From: a candidate division FCPU426 bacterium
Lineage (GTDB): Bacteria; Oederibacteriota; JAAXVQ01; JAUVAV01
Length of the DNA: 64,000 bases
Direction of reading: 5' to 3'
Assembly: GCA_040756875.1 (NCBI GenBank)
Contig: JBFLYH010000001.1
Span: forward strand, 1-64,000
Below are positions 19,621 to 28,804 of the stretch, one piece after another. The notes under the pieces were generated by a model, which was given only the letters and a program-made list of their open reading frames with translations, was not told the origin of the DNA and did not search any database. A program made the position numbers and the translations under genes. Each line of letters opens with the position of its first letter. Positions within the stretch are counted from its first letter, which is position 1.

Positions 19621-21627
19621 ATGGAAACCAAACCGTCCAATCACACTCCGGCCACGGATGATCGGTATTTTTCCGTCGGCTCCGGAACGCCCTTGCACGA
19701 CAGCGACGACCGCGGGTCGGCGGTGTATGCACCGGCGGAGCACCTGAATCCCCTGGTGGGGATCGGTCCGGGAACGCCTTTGAACGATCCGGAACCCGAA
19801 GCGAGAGGAACCGCACCCAGCCCGAAACCGGAACCGATGCCGGCTCCGGCGCCCGCGCCGGTTTCCGCGCCGGCCGAAGAACCGGCCGCGTCGGTGGCAG
19901 AGCCCGAAGCCGAGGAAGAAGCGGAGGAGGAAGGCAGCTTCGCCCGGGAAATGGAGCAGGCTCTGGAAGCCGAGCCCGTGCTGGGCGACATCATCAAAGG
20001 CCGGGTCCTGCGGATCGACGAGGAAGGCGTGGTGGTGGACATCGGCTCCAAATCCGAGGGCATCATCCCCCGCGAGGAATTCCTGGATGCGCGCGGCGAA
20101 TTCGCCACCCGGGTGGGCGAGGAAATCGAAGTGCTGCTGGAGCGGCGTGAAAACCGCGAAGGCCTGCTGGTGCTGTCCAAGCGCAAGGTGGACCGGCGCC
20201 GGGTGTGGAACCAGGCCAAGGCCGCCCTGGCGAACAATGTCAGCGTTACAGGCGTAATCTATCAAACCTGCAAGGGCGGGTTCATGGTGGACCTGGGCGG
20301 CGCCCAGGCGTTTCTCCCCGCTTCCCAAGTGGACCTGGCCACGGCCAAGAATCCCGAAGCCTACCTGAACCAGCGGCACCAGTTCAAGATCATCAAGATG
20401 AACAAGGAGCGCGGCAACATCGTCGTCTCCCGGCGCAACCACCTGCTGGACGAGCGCCAGAAAAAGCGCGACGGCATCATCGCCGGCCTCACGCCCGGCC
20501 GGCTGGTCCACGGCGTGGTGAAAAACCTGACCAACTACGGCGCCTTCGTCGACATCGGCGGCATGGACGCCCTGCTGCACGTCAATGACATGTCCTGGTC
20601 GCGGGTGACCCACCCGCGGCAGATCGTTAACGTGGGCGACGAGATCGAGGCCCTGATCCTGTCCGTGGACCCGGCCTCGGGCAAGGTGGCCCTGGGGTTG
20701 AAGCAAAAAAGCGAGGACCCCTGGCAGAACCTCGCGGCCAAGTACCCCGTGGGCAGCCTGGTCGAAGGCGAAGTGGTGACCTTGACCGACTTCGGGGCTT
20801 TTCTGCGCCTGGAAGAGGGCGTGGAAGGCCTGTTGCCGATTTCCGAAATGTCCTGGACCCGTCGGATCAAGCATCCTAAAGAACTGCTCAAACTTCAGGA
20901 CCTGGTGCGCGTCAAGGTCCTGGCCCTGGATCCCCAGGCCAAGAAGATCACCCTGGGCCTGCGCCAGACCGAGCAAGAGCCCTTTTCCGCCTATACGGAC
21001 AGCCACCGCGCGGGCGAAACCGTGACCGGCGAGGTGAAGTCCCTGACCCGGTTCGGCGCCTTCGTCGAACTGGCAGAGGGTGTGACCGGCCTGGTGCACC
21101 TTTCCGACCTCTCGTGGGACGGCGCGCTCAAGGATCCGGGCGAAGTGCTGAAAACCGGGGACCGCATCCAGGTGAAAATACTCGATGTGCAGCGGGATAA
21201 AAAGAAGATCGCGCTGGGCATCAAACAGCTGACCCAGGATCCCTGGATCGAAGCCGCCAAGAAGTACCCCGCAGGCGCGGTGGTGAAGGCCACCGTGGTC
21301 CGCAACACCAAATTCGGCGTCTTCGTGCAGCTGGAGCCCGGCGTGGAGGGGCTCATCCATGTCTCCCAGCTCGACCGGCCCAAGGGCCAGGCCGATCCCG
21401 CCCCGATTCCCGAGGGCACGGTGGTCGATGCCAAGGTGGTTAAAGTGAATCTCGCGGAGCACAAACTCGGGCTTTCCATCCGGGAAGCCATGCAGGAGCA
21501 GGAGGCGGCTGAGGTCCAAAAATACCTCTCGCCCACCAATAAGCCGACCATCTCCCTGGCCGAAGCCTCGGGGGTGGATTGGGAGGCGTTGCGCAGACGC
21601 GTCAGCGGCGAAGCGCCGTCGGAGTGA
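19621..21627 (+). CDS. rpsA: 30S ribosomal protein S1 (six S1 domains) with an N-terminal extension
   Basis: VDIGSKSEG, AFLPASQVD, YGAFVDIGG, FGAF...EGVEGL repeats, LGLKQ. Confidence 0.95.
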   Translation: METKPSNHTPATDDRYFSVGSGTPLHDSDDRGSAVYAPAEHLNPLVGIGPGTPLNDPEPEARGTAPSPKPEPMPAPAPAPVSAPAEEPAASVAEPEAEEEAEEEGSFAREMEQALEAEPVLGDIIKGRVLRIDEEGVVVDIGSKSEGIIPREEFLDARGEFATRVGEEIEVLLERRENREGLLVLSKRKVDRRRVWNQAKAALANNVSVTGVIYQTCKGGFMVDLGGAQAFLPASQVDLATAKNPEAYLNQRHQFKIIKMNKERGNIVVSRRNHLLDERQKKRDGIIAGLTPGRLVHGVVKNLTNYGAFVDIGGMDALLHVNDMSWSRVTHPRQIVNVGDEIEALILSVDPASGKVALGLKQKSEDPWQNLAAKYPVGSLVEGEVVTLTDFGAFLRLEEGVEGLLPISEMSWTRRIKHPKELLKLQDLVRVKVLALDPQAKKITLGLRQTEQEPFSAYTDSHRAGETVTGEVKSLTRFGAFVELAEGVTGLVHLSDLSWDGALKDPGEVLKTGDRIQVKILDVQRDKKKIALGIKQLTQDPWIEAAKKYPAGAVVKATVVRNTKFGVFVQLEPGVEGLIHVSQLDRPKGQADPAPIPEGTVVDAKVVKVNLAEHKLGLSIREAMQEQEAAEVQKYLSPTNKPTISLAEASGVDWEALRRRVSGEAPSE

Positions 21628-21666
21628 ACGGGTAAGCCAGCAAGGACAACCGCCAGGGGGTAAATC

Positions 21667-22326
21667 ATGCCGACCTATCAGGAGATCTTCCAAAAATACG
21701 GGAAGTCCTACGCATCCGGTTCCGTGATTTTCCGGGAAGGGGACATCGGCGAAGAGATGTTCATCATCCAAACCGGCCAGGTGCGCATCAGCAAGTCCAC
21801 CAACGAAGGCGAAAAAACCCTCGTCATCCTCTCGGAAGGCGACTTTTTCGGCGAAATGGCGGTCATTGACAGCGGCCCGCGCTCGGCCACGGCCACGGCC
21901 ATGGCGGACACCAAGTGCATCGTGCTCAACCAAGCGGTGTTCGAGCAGACCATGCAGAACAACATCCACATCGTCCAAAAAATCCTCCGCAACATGAGCG
22001 CCCGCCTGCGCGAGGCGAACAAGCAGATCGAAAACCTGCTGGTCAAGGACCATAATCGCCGGGTGGCCAACACCCTGGCGCTGATCGCCCACAAGCACGG
22101 CCAGAAAAGCGACAAAGGGATTTCCTTCAGCATCCCGGTCAATGCCACGGAAGTGGCCAATGCCGCGGGCCTGACCGCCGAACTGGCCAAAGTAAAAGAC
22201 ATCCTGAACAAACTGGCCAAGGCCAAGGTCATCCGTTTCGAGGGCGATCAAATCGTCATCATGTCCCTGGAAAACCTGGAGAAATTCATTCGCTACCTGG
22301 AAATGAAAGAGGAATTCGGGGAATAG
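21667..22326 (+). CDS. Crp/Fnr family cyclic-nucleotide-binding regulator
   Basis: IFREGD, GDFFGEMA, PRSATA; C-terminal HTH-like region. Confidence 0.88.
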   Translation: MPTYQEIFQKYGKSYASGSVIFREGDIGEEMFIIQTGQVRISKSTNEGEKTLVILSEGDFFGEMAVIDSGPRSATATAMADTKCIVLNQAVFEQTMQNNIHIVQKILRNMSARLREANKQIENLLVKDHNRRVANTLALIAHKHGQKSDKGISFSIPVNATEVANAAGLTAELAKVKDILNKLAKAKVIRFEGDQIVIMSLENLEKFIRYLEMKEEFGE

Positions 22327-22373
22327 GCCGCCGGCCAGGCGGACCACTCATACCAGCGAAGGGGGACGACGAC

Positions 22374-22976
22374 ATGCGGCGGAGCAAGACGGTCATCGCG
22401 GGAATCGCACTCGGGTGCCTGCTGGGGTTGGGCTGCGGCGGGCAGGATCCGGACGTTCGCCGGGGCGATCTGTTCTATCAAAACGGCAAATACTACGAAG
22501 CTTTCCAGGCGTATGAGCGCGCTTATGCTCGCGACGCCAAGCTGTTCGAAGTCCCGGAACTGCGCGACCGCTTCAAGAACGCCTATTACTACCACGGCGG
22601 CCAGATGGAGCTGGCCGGAAGCTTGGAACCGGCCATCAAGTATTACGAGAAGGGCTTCGATCTGGTGCCTAATGATCCCGGCATGTGCGACAAGCTGGCT
22701 AAGTTTTTCTGGGCCGAGGAAGATTTCGAAAAATCCGCCAAATACTTCGGCCGCCTGGTGGAGCTCGACGCCCAGGCCCCGGACACCGAGAAAAAGTGGC
22801 AAGTGCTGGGCGACGATTACTACGCGCTGGGTTACTCGCTTTCGAAGGTTAAAAAATACGACGAGGCGATCGCGGCCCTGCAGCAGTCGTTGAAGGCCGC
22901 GCCGCGCGGGCAGTACGCGGCTAAAGCCAAAAGCGCGCTGGAAAGCGCCAAGTACGAGGCGAAAAAGCAGAAATGA
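22374..22976 (+). CDS. TPR-repeat lipoprotein
   Basis: Lipobox-like LGLGC after a hydrophobic signal; TPR-like helices (YYALGYSLSKVKKYDEAIAALQQSL). Confidence 0.75.
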   Translation: MRRSKTVIAGIALGCLLGLGCGGQDPDVRRGDLFYQNGKYYEAFQAYERAYARDAKLFEVPELRDRFKNAYYYHGGQMELAGSLEPAIKYYEKGFDLVPNDPGMCDKLAKFFWAEEDFEKSAKYFGRLVELDAQAPDTEKKWQVLGDDYYALGYSLSKVKKYDEAIAALQQSLKAAPRGQYAAKAKSALESAKYEAKKQK

Positions 22977-24190
22977 GCAAGTCCGCGGGCGACCGCCGGG
23001 TTTTCACGGTCACGGAGATCGTCGAACGCGCCCGGGCCCTGTTGGAAAACGAGTTCCCGCGGGTGTGGGTTGAAGGCGAGCTTTCGAACTTCAAGCAGCA
23101 CACCTCGGGTCACTTCTATTTCACCCTCAAAGACGCCCAAAGCCAATTGCGCGCGGCCATGTTCCGGGGCGCCAACCGCCTGGTCCGATTCCGGCCTGAG
23201 GACGGCCTCAAGGTCCTGGCCGGCGGCCGCCTGTCCCTGTATCCGGCCCGCGGCGATTTCCAGATGGTGGTGGAAGAACTGGAGCCGGCCGGGCTCGGCG
23301 CCCTGCAACTGGCCTTTGAGCAACTCAAGAAAAAGCTCGCCGCCGAAGGGCTGTTCGATCCCAAACGCAAGAAAAGCCTGCCCGCTTTTCCCCGCAAGAT
23401 CGCCGTGGTCACGTCGCCCACCGGCGCGGCGGTGCGCGACATTTTGAACGTCACGGGCCGCCGGTCGCCCCTGGCTGATATCGCCGTGTATCCGGTGCGG
23501 GTCCAGGGCGCGGGCGCGGCCGAAGAAATCGCGCACGCCCTGGAACGGTTGAACGCGGTGGGCGGGTGGGACGTCATCATTTGCGGCCGGGGCGGCGGCT
23601 CCCTGGAAGACTTGTGGGCTTTCAATGAGGAAGTGGTGGCGCGGGCCATCGCCGCGTCCGCCATTCCCGTGGTTTCGGCCGTGGGGCATGAGGTGGACTA
23701 CACCATCGCGGACTTCGTGGCCGACGTGCGGGCCGAAACGCCCACCGCGGCCGCGGAAATGGTCCTGCGGGACCGGCGCGAACTGCTGGAACAGCTCCGC
23801 AGCCGGGAACGCCTGCTGGCCGGCCGCATCCGGGAGCGCCTGCGCGAGGGCCGGCTGCGGCTTGAGCGCGTGCTGGCTTCGCGCCTGTTGCGCCGGCCGC
23901 GCGCCGTGCTGGAACCCCTGGCCCAGCGGCTGGACGACCTGGGCAGCCAGTTGAAAAACGGGCTCAAGAACCGCCTGCGCCTGGCGCGCGAGCGCTGGAG
24001 GAGCCTGGGCGCGCAGCTGGAAGCGCTTTCGCCCCTCAACGTGCTGCGGCGGGGGTATTCCCTGGTGTACCAGCTGCCCGGCGAAACCCTGGTGCGCGAC
24101 AGCCGAGAGCTGTCGGCCGGGGACGCCCTGCGCATCCGCTTCCACCGCGGCGAGGCGCGCGTGCGCGTGGAGAAAAAAGGACAGGATTGA
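22973..24190 (+). CDS. xseA: Exodeoxyribonuclease VII large subunit
   Basis: VWVEGELSN, SGHFYFTLKD, TSPTGAA, RGGGSLEDLWAFN, SAVGHEVD, LRRGY. Confidence 0.97.
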   Translation: MSKSAGDRRVFTVTEIVERARALLENEFPRVWVEGELSNFKQHTSGHFYFTLKDAQSQLRAAMFRGANRLVRFRPEDGLKVLAGGRLSLYPARGDFQMVVEELEPAGLGALQLAFEQLKKKLAAEGLFDPKRKKSLPAFPRKIAVVTSPTGAAVRDILNVTGRRSPLADIAVYPVRVQGAGAAEEIAHALERLNAVGGWDVIICGRGGGSLEDLWAFNEEVVARAIAASAIPVVSAVGHEVDYTIADFVADVRAETPTAAAEMVLRDRRELLEQLRSRERLLAGRIRERLREGRLRLERVLASRLLRRPRAVLEPLAQRLDDLGSQLKNGLKNRLRLARERWRSLGAQLEALSPLNVLRRGYSLVYQLPGETLVRDSRELSAGDALRIRFHRGEARVRVEKKGQD

Positions 24191-24274
24191 GGAAAATTTC
24201 TTTTCTGGCTGCGGAACTCGTCCCCTGCGAGGACTCAGGCAGTCCTCGCTGCGAAAAGTAATCTTCCTCAATCC
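24184..24274. mobile_element. MITE-like element with 22-bp terminal inverted repeats
   Basis: GGATTGAGGAAAATTTCTTTTC / GAAAAGTAATCTTCCTCAATCC (20/22 complementary) with an internal hairpin GCGAGGACT-caggc-AGTCCTCGC. Confidence 0.5.
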
Positions 24275-24368
24275 CCGCCAGAAGGAAGATTCCGGGAAAA
24301 TACCTGCTTGCCACCAGGCGGGTGAACAAGGATAATAGCTCGTTTTTGTTTTTAAAGGAGCCAAGGCC

Positions 24369-24731
24369 ATGAGGAAAAAATCCCAAACCGCGGCCGCCAA
24401 ACCGGCACCGCCCTCCTTTGAAAAAGCCCTGGCCCGGCTGGAGGAGATCGTGTCCCAGCTGGAAAGCGCCGAGGTCCCGCTGGAAAAGGCCCTGGCCTGG
24501 TACGAGGAGGGCGTGGGCCTGGCCCGCATGTGCGCGGAGCAGCTCAAGCACGCGGAACGCCGGGTGGAGCTGTTGGAAGACACGGGCCAGAAACTGGTCA
24601 GCCGGCCCTTTGCCGATCCGGAATCCGGGGACGGAACCGAAGAGGATGAGGATGAAGAAGACGAAGAGGACGAAACAGACGAGGAAGAGGATTCCAGCGA
24701 AGGCCAAGAAGACCAGGAAAGCCTCTTCTAA
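24369..24731 (+). CDS. xseB: Exodeoxyribonuclease VII small subunit with acidic tail
   Basis: SFEKALARLEEIVSQLE, LEKALAWYEEG, AERRVELL; AAGGAG RBS. Confidence 0.93.
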   Translation: MRKKSQTAAAKPAPPSFEKALARLEEIVSQLESAEVPLEKALAWYEEGVGLARMCAEQLKHAERRVELLEDTGQKLVSRPFADPESGDGTEEDEDEEDEEDETDEEEDSSEGQEDQESLF

Positions 24732-25620
24732 GGCGCCTGGCTTCCCGCTGGCCGCCTATTTGCGCCAGCGCGGGCAGCTGGTGGACGCGGCCCTGGACAA
24801 ATTCGTGCCGCGCCGCGATTATTTCCCGGCCAAACTGCATTCAGCCGTGCGTCACAGCCTTTTTTCCGGGGGCAAACGCCTCCGGCCGGTCCTGGTGCTA
24901 GCCGCGGCCGAAGCCTGCGGCGGTTCTGCCCGGGACGTGCTGCCTGCGGCCTGCGCCCTGGAATGCATCCACACGTATTCCTTGATCCACGATGACCTGC
25001 CGGCCATGGACGACGATGACCTGCGCCGGGGCCAGCCGACCTGCCACAAAGTGTTCGGCGAGGCGGCGGCCATACTGGCCGGGGACGGCCTGCTGACCCT
25101 GGCCTTTGAGCTTATGGCCCGCTGTCCGGTCCGCGACGACCGCCAACTCGCGGCGATCCGGCTGCTGGCCCAGGCCAGCGGCATGGCGGGCATGGTCGGC
25201 GGGCAAATGGCGGACATCGACGCAGAGGGCGAGGAGGTCAGCCTCCCCCTGCTGCAGTACATTCATACGCACAAAACCGGCCGGCTGATCCAGGCTTCGG
25301 TTTTGATCGGCGGCGCCCTGGCCGGCGGCACGCCCGCGCAGCTCAAGGCACTGGGCGTGTTCGGCGAAACCATGGGGTTGGCGTTCCAGATCGCCGACGA
25401 TATTTTAAACGTGGTCGGCACCCAGGAGCAGCTGGGAAAAAGCACGGGCACGGACAGCGCGCGGGGCAAGGCGACCTATCCGGCTTACTTCGGGCTGGAG
25501 GAATCCAGGCGCCAGGCCCAGGCCCTGCTGGAGCGCGGGCTGGCCGCGCTGGAACCTTTTGGACGCCGGGCCGCGCCTTTGCGGGCCCTGGCGAATTTCA
25601 CCGTGCAGCGCGAGGTGTAA
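24652..25620 (+). CDS. ispA: Farnesyl/geranylgeranyl diphosphate synthase
   Basis: GGKRLRP, SLIHDDLPAMDDDDLRRG, GQMAD, HKTG, FQIADDIL. Start uncertain (ATG24646/24652 or TTG24760). Confidence 0.92.
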   Translation: MKKTKRTKQTRKRIPAKAKKTRKASSKAPGFPLAAYLRQRGQLVDAALDKFVPRRDYFPAKLHSAVRHSLFSGGKRLRPVLVLAAAEACGGSARDVLPAACALECIHTYSLIHDDLPAMDDDDLRRGQPTCHKVFGEAAAILAGDGLLTLAFELMARCPVRDDRQLAAIRLLAQASGMAGMVGGQMADIDAEGEEVSLPLLQYIHTHKTGRLIQASVLIGGALAGGTPAQLKALGVFGETMGLAFQIADDILNVVGTQEQLGKSTGTDSARGKATYPAYFGLEESRRQAQALLERGLAALEPFGRRAAPLRALANFTVQREV

Positions 25621-25630
25621 GGTGGAACGC

Positions 25631-26098
25631 ATGCTTCAGTTCGGATTGGATTCCTGGGAGGCCCTCAGCACCATCCTGACGCACCGGATCTTTCTGGTTA
25701 CGCTGACCGCCTGGCTGGCGGCCTCGCTGATCAAGGTGCTCATCCATTTAGTGCAGCACAACCGGTTCGACTTCATGCTGCTGCTCGACACCGGCCGCAT
25801 GCCCAGTTCCCATTCCGCGTTCGTCGCGGCCCTGGCCACCTGCCTGGGCCTGGAAGCCGGCTGGGGCAGCCCGCTGTTCATGCTCGCCCTGGGGTTCGCG
25901 CTGCTGGTCATGAACGATGCGGCCGGCGTGCGGCGCGCGGCCGGGCACCAGGCCCACATCCTGAACCGGATTGTGGACGATATGTACGAAAAAAGGCCGT
26001 TTCGGCCGGAACGGCTGAAAGAGTTTCTGGGGCACACCCGGCTCGAGGTCATGACCGGCATGACCATCGGCCTGGTGTGGTCCCTGGTTTTTTATTGA
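25631..26098 (+). CDS. Divergent PAP2 family protein (DUF212)
   Basis: TGRMPSSHSA, MNDAAGVRRAAG, LKEFLGHT. Confidence 0.9.
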   Translation: MLQFGLDSWEALSTILTHRIFLVTLTAWLAASLIKVLIHLVQHNRFDFMLLLDTGRMPSSHSAFVAALATCLGLEAGWGSPLFMLALGFALLVMNDAAGVRRAAGHQAHILNRIVDDMYEKRPFRPERLKEFLGHTRLEVMTGMTIGLVWSLVFY

Positions 26099-26117
26099 TG
26101 CCATCCGCTGGTGAAGC

Positions 26118-28055
26118 ATGAGCGATCCATTGCTGCCTACGATTCATTCCCCCGCTGACCTGAAAAAACTGCCGCTGGCGAGCCTCAAGGCCCTGGCCCA
26201 GGAAGTGCGACAGGAGATCATCCAGACCGTGTCCCAAACCGGAGGGCACCTGGCCTCCTCCCTGGGCGCGGTGGAACTGACCCTGGCCCTCCACCGGGCA
26301 TACAACACACCCGAGGATCTGATCGTGTGGGATGTGGGGCACCAAACGTACGCCCACAAGCTCCTGACCGGCCGCCGGGAGCGGTTTGCCACCCTGCGCC
26401 AGGAGGGCGGCATTTCAGGTTTCCCCAAGCGCGAGGAGAGCCCGTACGACGCTTTCAACACCGGGCACTCCTCGACCTCGATTTCAGCCGCCCTGGGCAT
26501 GGCCCGGGCCCGCGACCTGGCCGAAAAAAAGCACAAGGTCGTGGCCGTGATCGGCGACGGTTCGATCTCCAACGGGCTGGCTTTCGAAGCGCTCAACGAC
26601 GCGGGCCACCAAAAAACCGACCTGCTGGTCATCCTTAACGACAACCGCATGTCCATCAGCAGCCCGGTCGGGGGGCTTTCCAATTACCTCAACCAAATTC
26701 TGACCGGCCGCATGTACAACCGTTTGAAAGGGCAGGTGGAAGGGCTGGTGGCGGCGATCCCGGCCGTGGGCAAAAGCGCGCTCAAGCTGACGTATTACCT
26801 CGAGGAGATCGCCAAGGGCCTGCTCGTGCCCGGCGTGTTGTTCGAGGAGCTGGGCTTCAGGTATTTTGGGCCGGTGGACGGCCACGACCTGGAGACCCTG
26901 CTGGCTACCCTGGAACGCGTCCGGTCGCTGTCCGGCCCGATCTTCCTGCACGTGCAAACCCAGAAGGGCAAAGGCTTCGAATTCGCCGAACAAGATCCGG
27001 TTGCGTTTCACGGCACGCCGCAATTCGACGCCGGCACGGGGAAGAGCAAGGTCTGCTCTGTGCCTACGTATTCCCAGGCGTTTTCGCAAACCTTGCTGCA
27101 CCTGGCCCGTCAGCATCCCTCGTTGGTGGCCATCGTGGCCGCCATGACGTCCGGCACAGCGCTGGAGGAGTTCGCGCAGACTTTTCCCAAGCGTTTTTTC
27201 GACGTGGGCATCGCCGAGGGCCATGCCGTGACCCTGGCCGCGGGCCTGGCGGCCGCGGGGTTCCGTCCCGTGGTGGCCATTTATTCGACTTTCCTGCAGC
27301 GCGCCTACGACCAGGTGCTGCACGACGTCTGCCTGCAGAACCTGCCGGTGATTTTCGCCCTGGACCGGGCGGGCGTGGTGGGCGAGGACGGCCCGACGCA
27401 TCACGGACTTTATGACCTGGCCTATCTCCGGCACCTGCCGAATCTGGCGGTTTTCGCGCCGGCCGACGAAAAAGATCTGGTGGCCATGCTCAAGGCGGCG
27501 GTGATGCATCCCGGGCCCGTGGCCATCCGCTACCCGCGCGGCAGCGTGGCCAGCGGCTGCATCGACCTGGATGAGCCTCAGGCAAAAATCGGCCAGGCCC
27601 GCGTGGTCAGGACCGGCACCGATGTGGCGCTCCTGGGCCTCGGCAACATGCTCGCCCCGGCCCTGGCTGCGGCCGAAAAACTGGCCCGCCGGGGGGTACA
27701 GGCTCTGGTCATGAATCCCGGCAGCGTGAAGCCGCTCGATAGCGCGGCGTTGCGCCGCGTGGCCGGCAGCGTCCGGGCGCTGGTAACCATCGAGGACCAC
27801 GTGGTCTGCGGCGGATTCGGCTCCGCGGTGCTGGAATGGCTGCAGGCCGAAGGAATGGCCCGCCTGCCCGTGCGTTGCCTGGGATTTCCGGACGAGATCA
27901 TCGGCCAGGCCACCCGCGACCAGCTGTTCTCGCGCTACGGCCTGACCGCGGATCATATCGCGGATGCGGCCTGGCGGCTGCTCCAGCCCGCGGCCAAAGC
28001 CCGGCGCGCCAAGAAAAGCGCGGCATCCGGCGGCCGGCGGGGCAAGCGTTCCTGA
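26118..28055 (+). CDS. dxs: 1-deoxy-D-xylulose-5-phosphate synthase
   Basis: GGHLASSLG, WDVGHQ, GHSSTSIS, GDG...NDN, GIAEGHA, YSTFLQRAYDQ, DRAG, DGPTH. Confidence 0.97.
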   Translation: MSDPLLPTIHSPADLKKLPLASLKALAQEVRQEIIQTVSQTGGHLASSLGAVELTLALHRAYNTPEDLIVWDVGHQTYAHKLLTGRRERFATLRQEGGISGFPKREESPYDAFNTGHSSTSISAALGMARARDLAEKKHKVVAVIGDGSISNGLAFEALNDAGHQKTDLLVILNDNRMSISSPVGGLSNYLNQILTGRMYNRLKGQVEGLVAAIPAVGKSALKLTYYLEEIAKGLLVPGVLFEELGFRYFGPVDGHDLETLLATLERVRSLSGPIFLHVQTQKGKGFEFAEQDPVAFHGTPQFDAGTGKSKVCSVPTYSQAFSQTLLHLARQHPSLVAIVAAMTSGTALEEFAQTFPKRFFDVGIAEGHAVTLAAGLAAAGFRPVVAIYSTFLQRAYDQVLHDVCLQNLPVIFALDRAGVVGEDGPTHHGLYDLAYLRHLPNLAVFAPADEKDLVAMLKAAVMHPGPVAIRYPRGSVASGCIDLDEPQAKIGQARVVRTGTDVALLGLGNMLAPALAAAEKLARRGVQALVMNPGSVKPLDSAALRRVAGSVRALVTIEDHVVCGGFGSAVLEWLQAEGMARLPVRCLGFPDEIIGQATRDQLFSRYGLTADHIADAAWRLLQPAAKARRAKKSAASGGRRGKRS

Positions 28056-28804
28056 TGCGCACTGCGAAAAAACTCCGCCTCGACCAGTTGCTGGTGGAAC
28101 GGGGGTTGTTCGCCAGCCGCACGCAGGCGCACGCCGCGGTCCTGGCGGGCGAGATTTTTTCGGGCGACCAGCTGCTGACCAAACCCGGCCATTTGGTGGA
28201 TCTCCACCTGCCGCTGTCCCGCCGGAGCCGGCGCGCGCGTTTCGTGGGCCGGGGCGGCTACAAGCTCGAAGGGGCGTTGCAGGACTTTCAACTCGACGTC
28301 CACGGCTGGAACTGCCTGGATGTCGGGGCGTCCACCGGCGGATTCACAGACTGCCTGCTGCAGCACGGCGCCGGGCACGTGTGGTGCGTGGATGTGGGCA
28401 AGGGCCAGCTGGATATTTCCCTGCGCACGGATCCGAGGGTGACTTTTCAGGAAGGAGTCAATGCCCGCCATCTGAAGCCCGAGGATTTTCCTGAAACCTT
28501 CGACCTGGCGGTCATCGACGTGGCGTTCATTTCCCTGACCAAGATTCTGCCTGCGACCGCGCGGACCGTGAAAGTCCGGGCGGGAAAGGTACTGGCCCTC
28601 ATCAAGCCGCAGTTTGAGGTCGGCCCGGCGGCCATCGGCAAGGGCGGAATTGTCAAGGACAAGCCGGCGCGCGACCGCGCCATCCAGCACGTGATCGAAA
28701 GCCTGGATGCCTGCGGACTGCGTAAACTCGGCCTCCGGCCCAGCGTCATCACAGGCGCGGATGGAAATCAGGAATTTTTTCTGCTGGCGGAGCGGACCTC
28801 ATGA
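28055..28804 (+). CDS. tlyA: TlyA family rRNA methyltransferase
   Basis: RLDQLLV, RGGYKL, DVGASTGGFTDCLLQ, IKPQFE, GADGNQEF. Confidence 0.94.
   Translation: MRTAKKLRLDQLLVERGLFASRTQAHAAVLAGEIFSGDQLLTKPGHLVDLHLPLSRRSRRARFVGRGGYKLEGALQDFQLDVHGWNCLDVGASTGGFTDCLLQHGAGHVWCVDVGKGQLDISLRTDPRVTFQEGVNARHLKPEDFPETFDLAVIDVAFISLTKILPATARTVKVRAGKVLALIKPQFEVGPAAIGKGGIVKDKPARDRAIQHVIESLDACGLRKLGLRPSVITGADGNQEFFLLAERTS

Noticed and set aside
19588-22347. 919-aa antisense ORF, and similar antisense ORFs at 4189, 9290, 15990, 22832, 26484 and 44786
   Set aside because: These are shadow frames of well-supported plus-strand genes caused by codon bias, with no recognisable motifs.
28801-28804. Missing NAD kinase/argR between tlyA and recN
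   Set aside because: The genes overlap cleanly with no remnant; this is ordinary gene-order variation.
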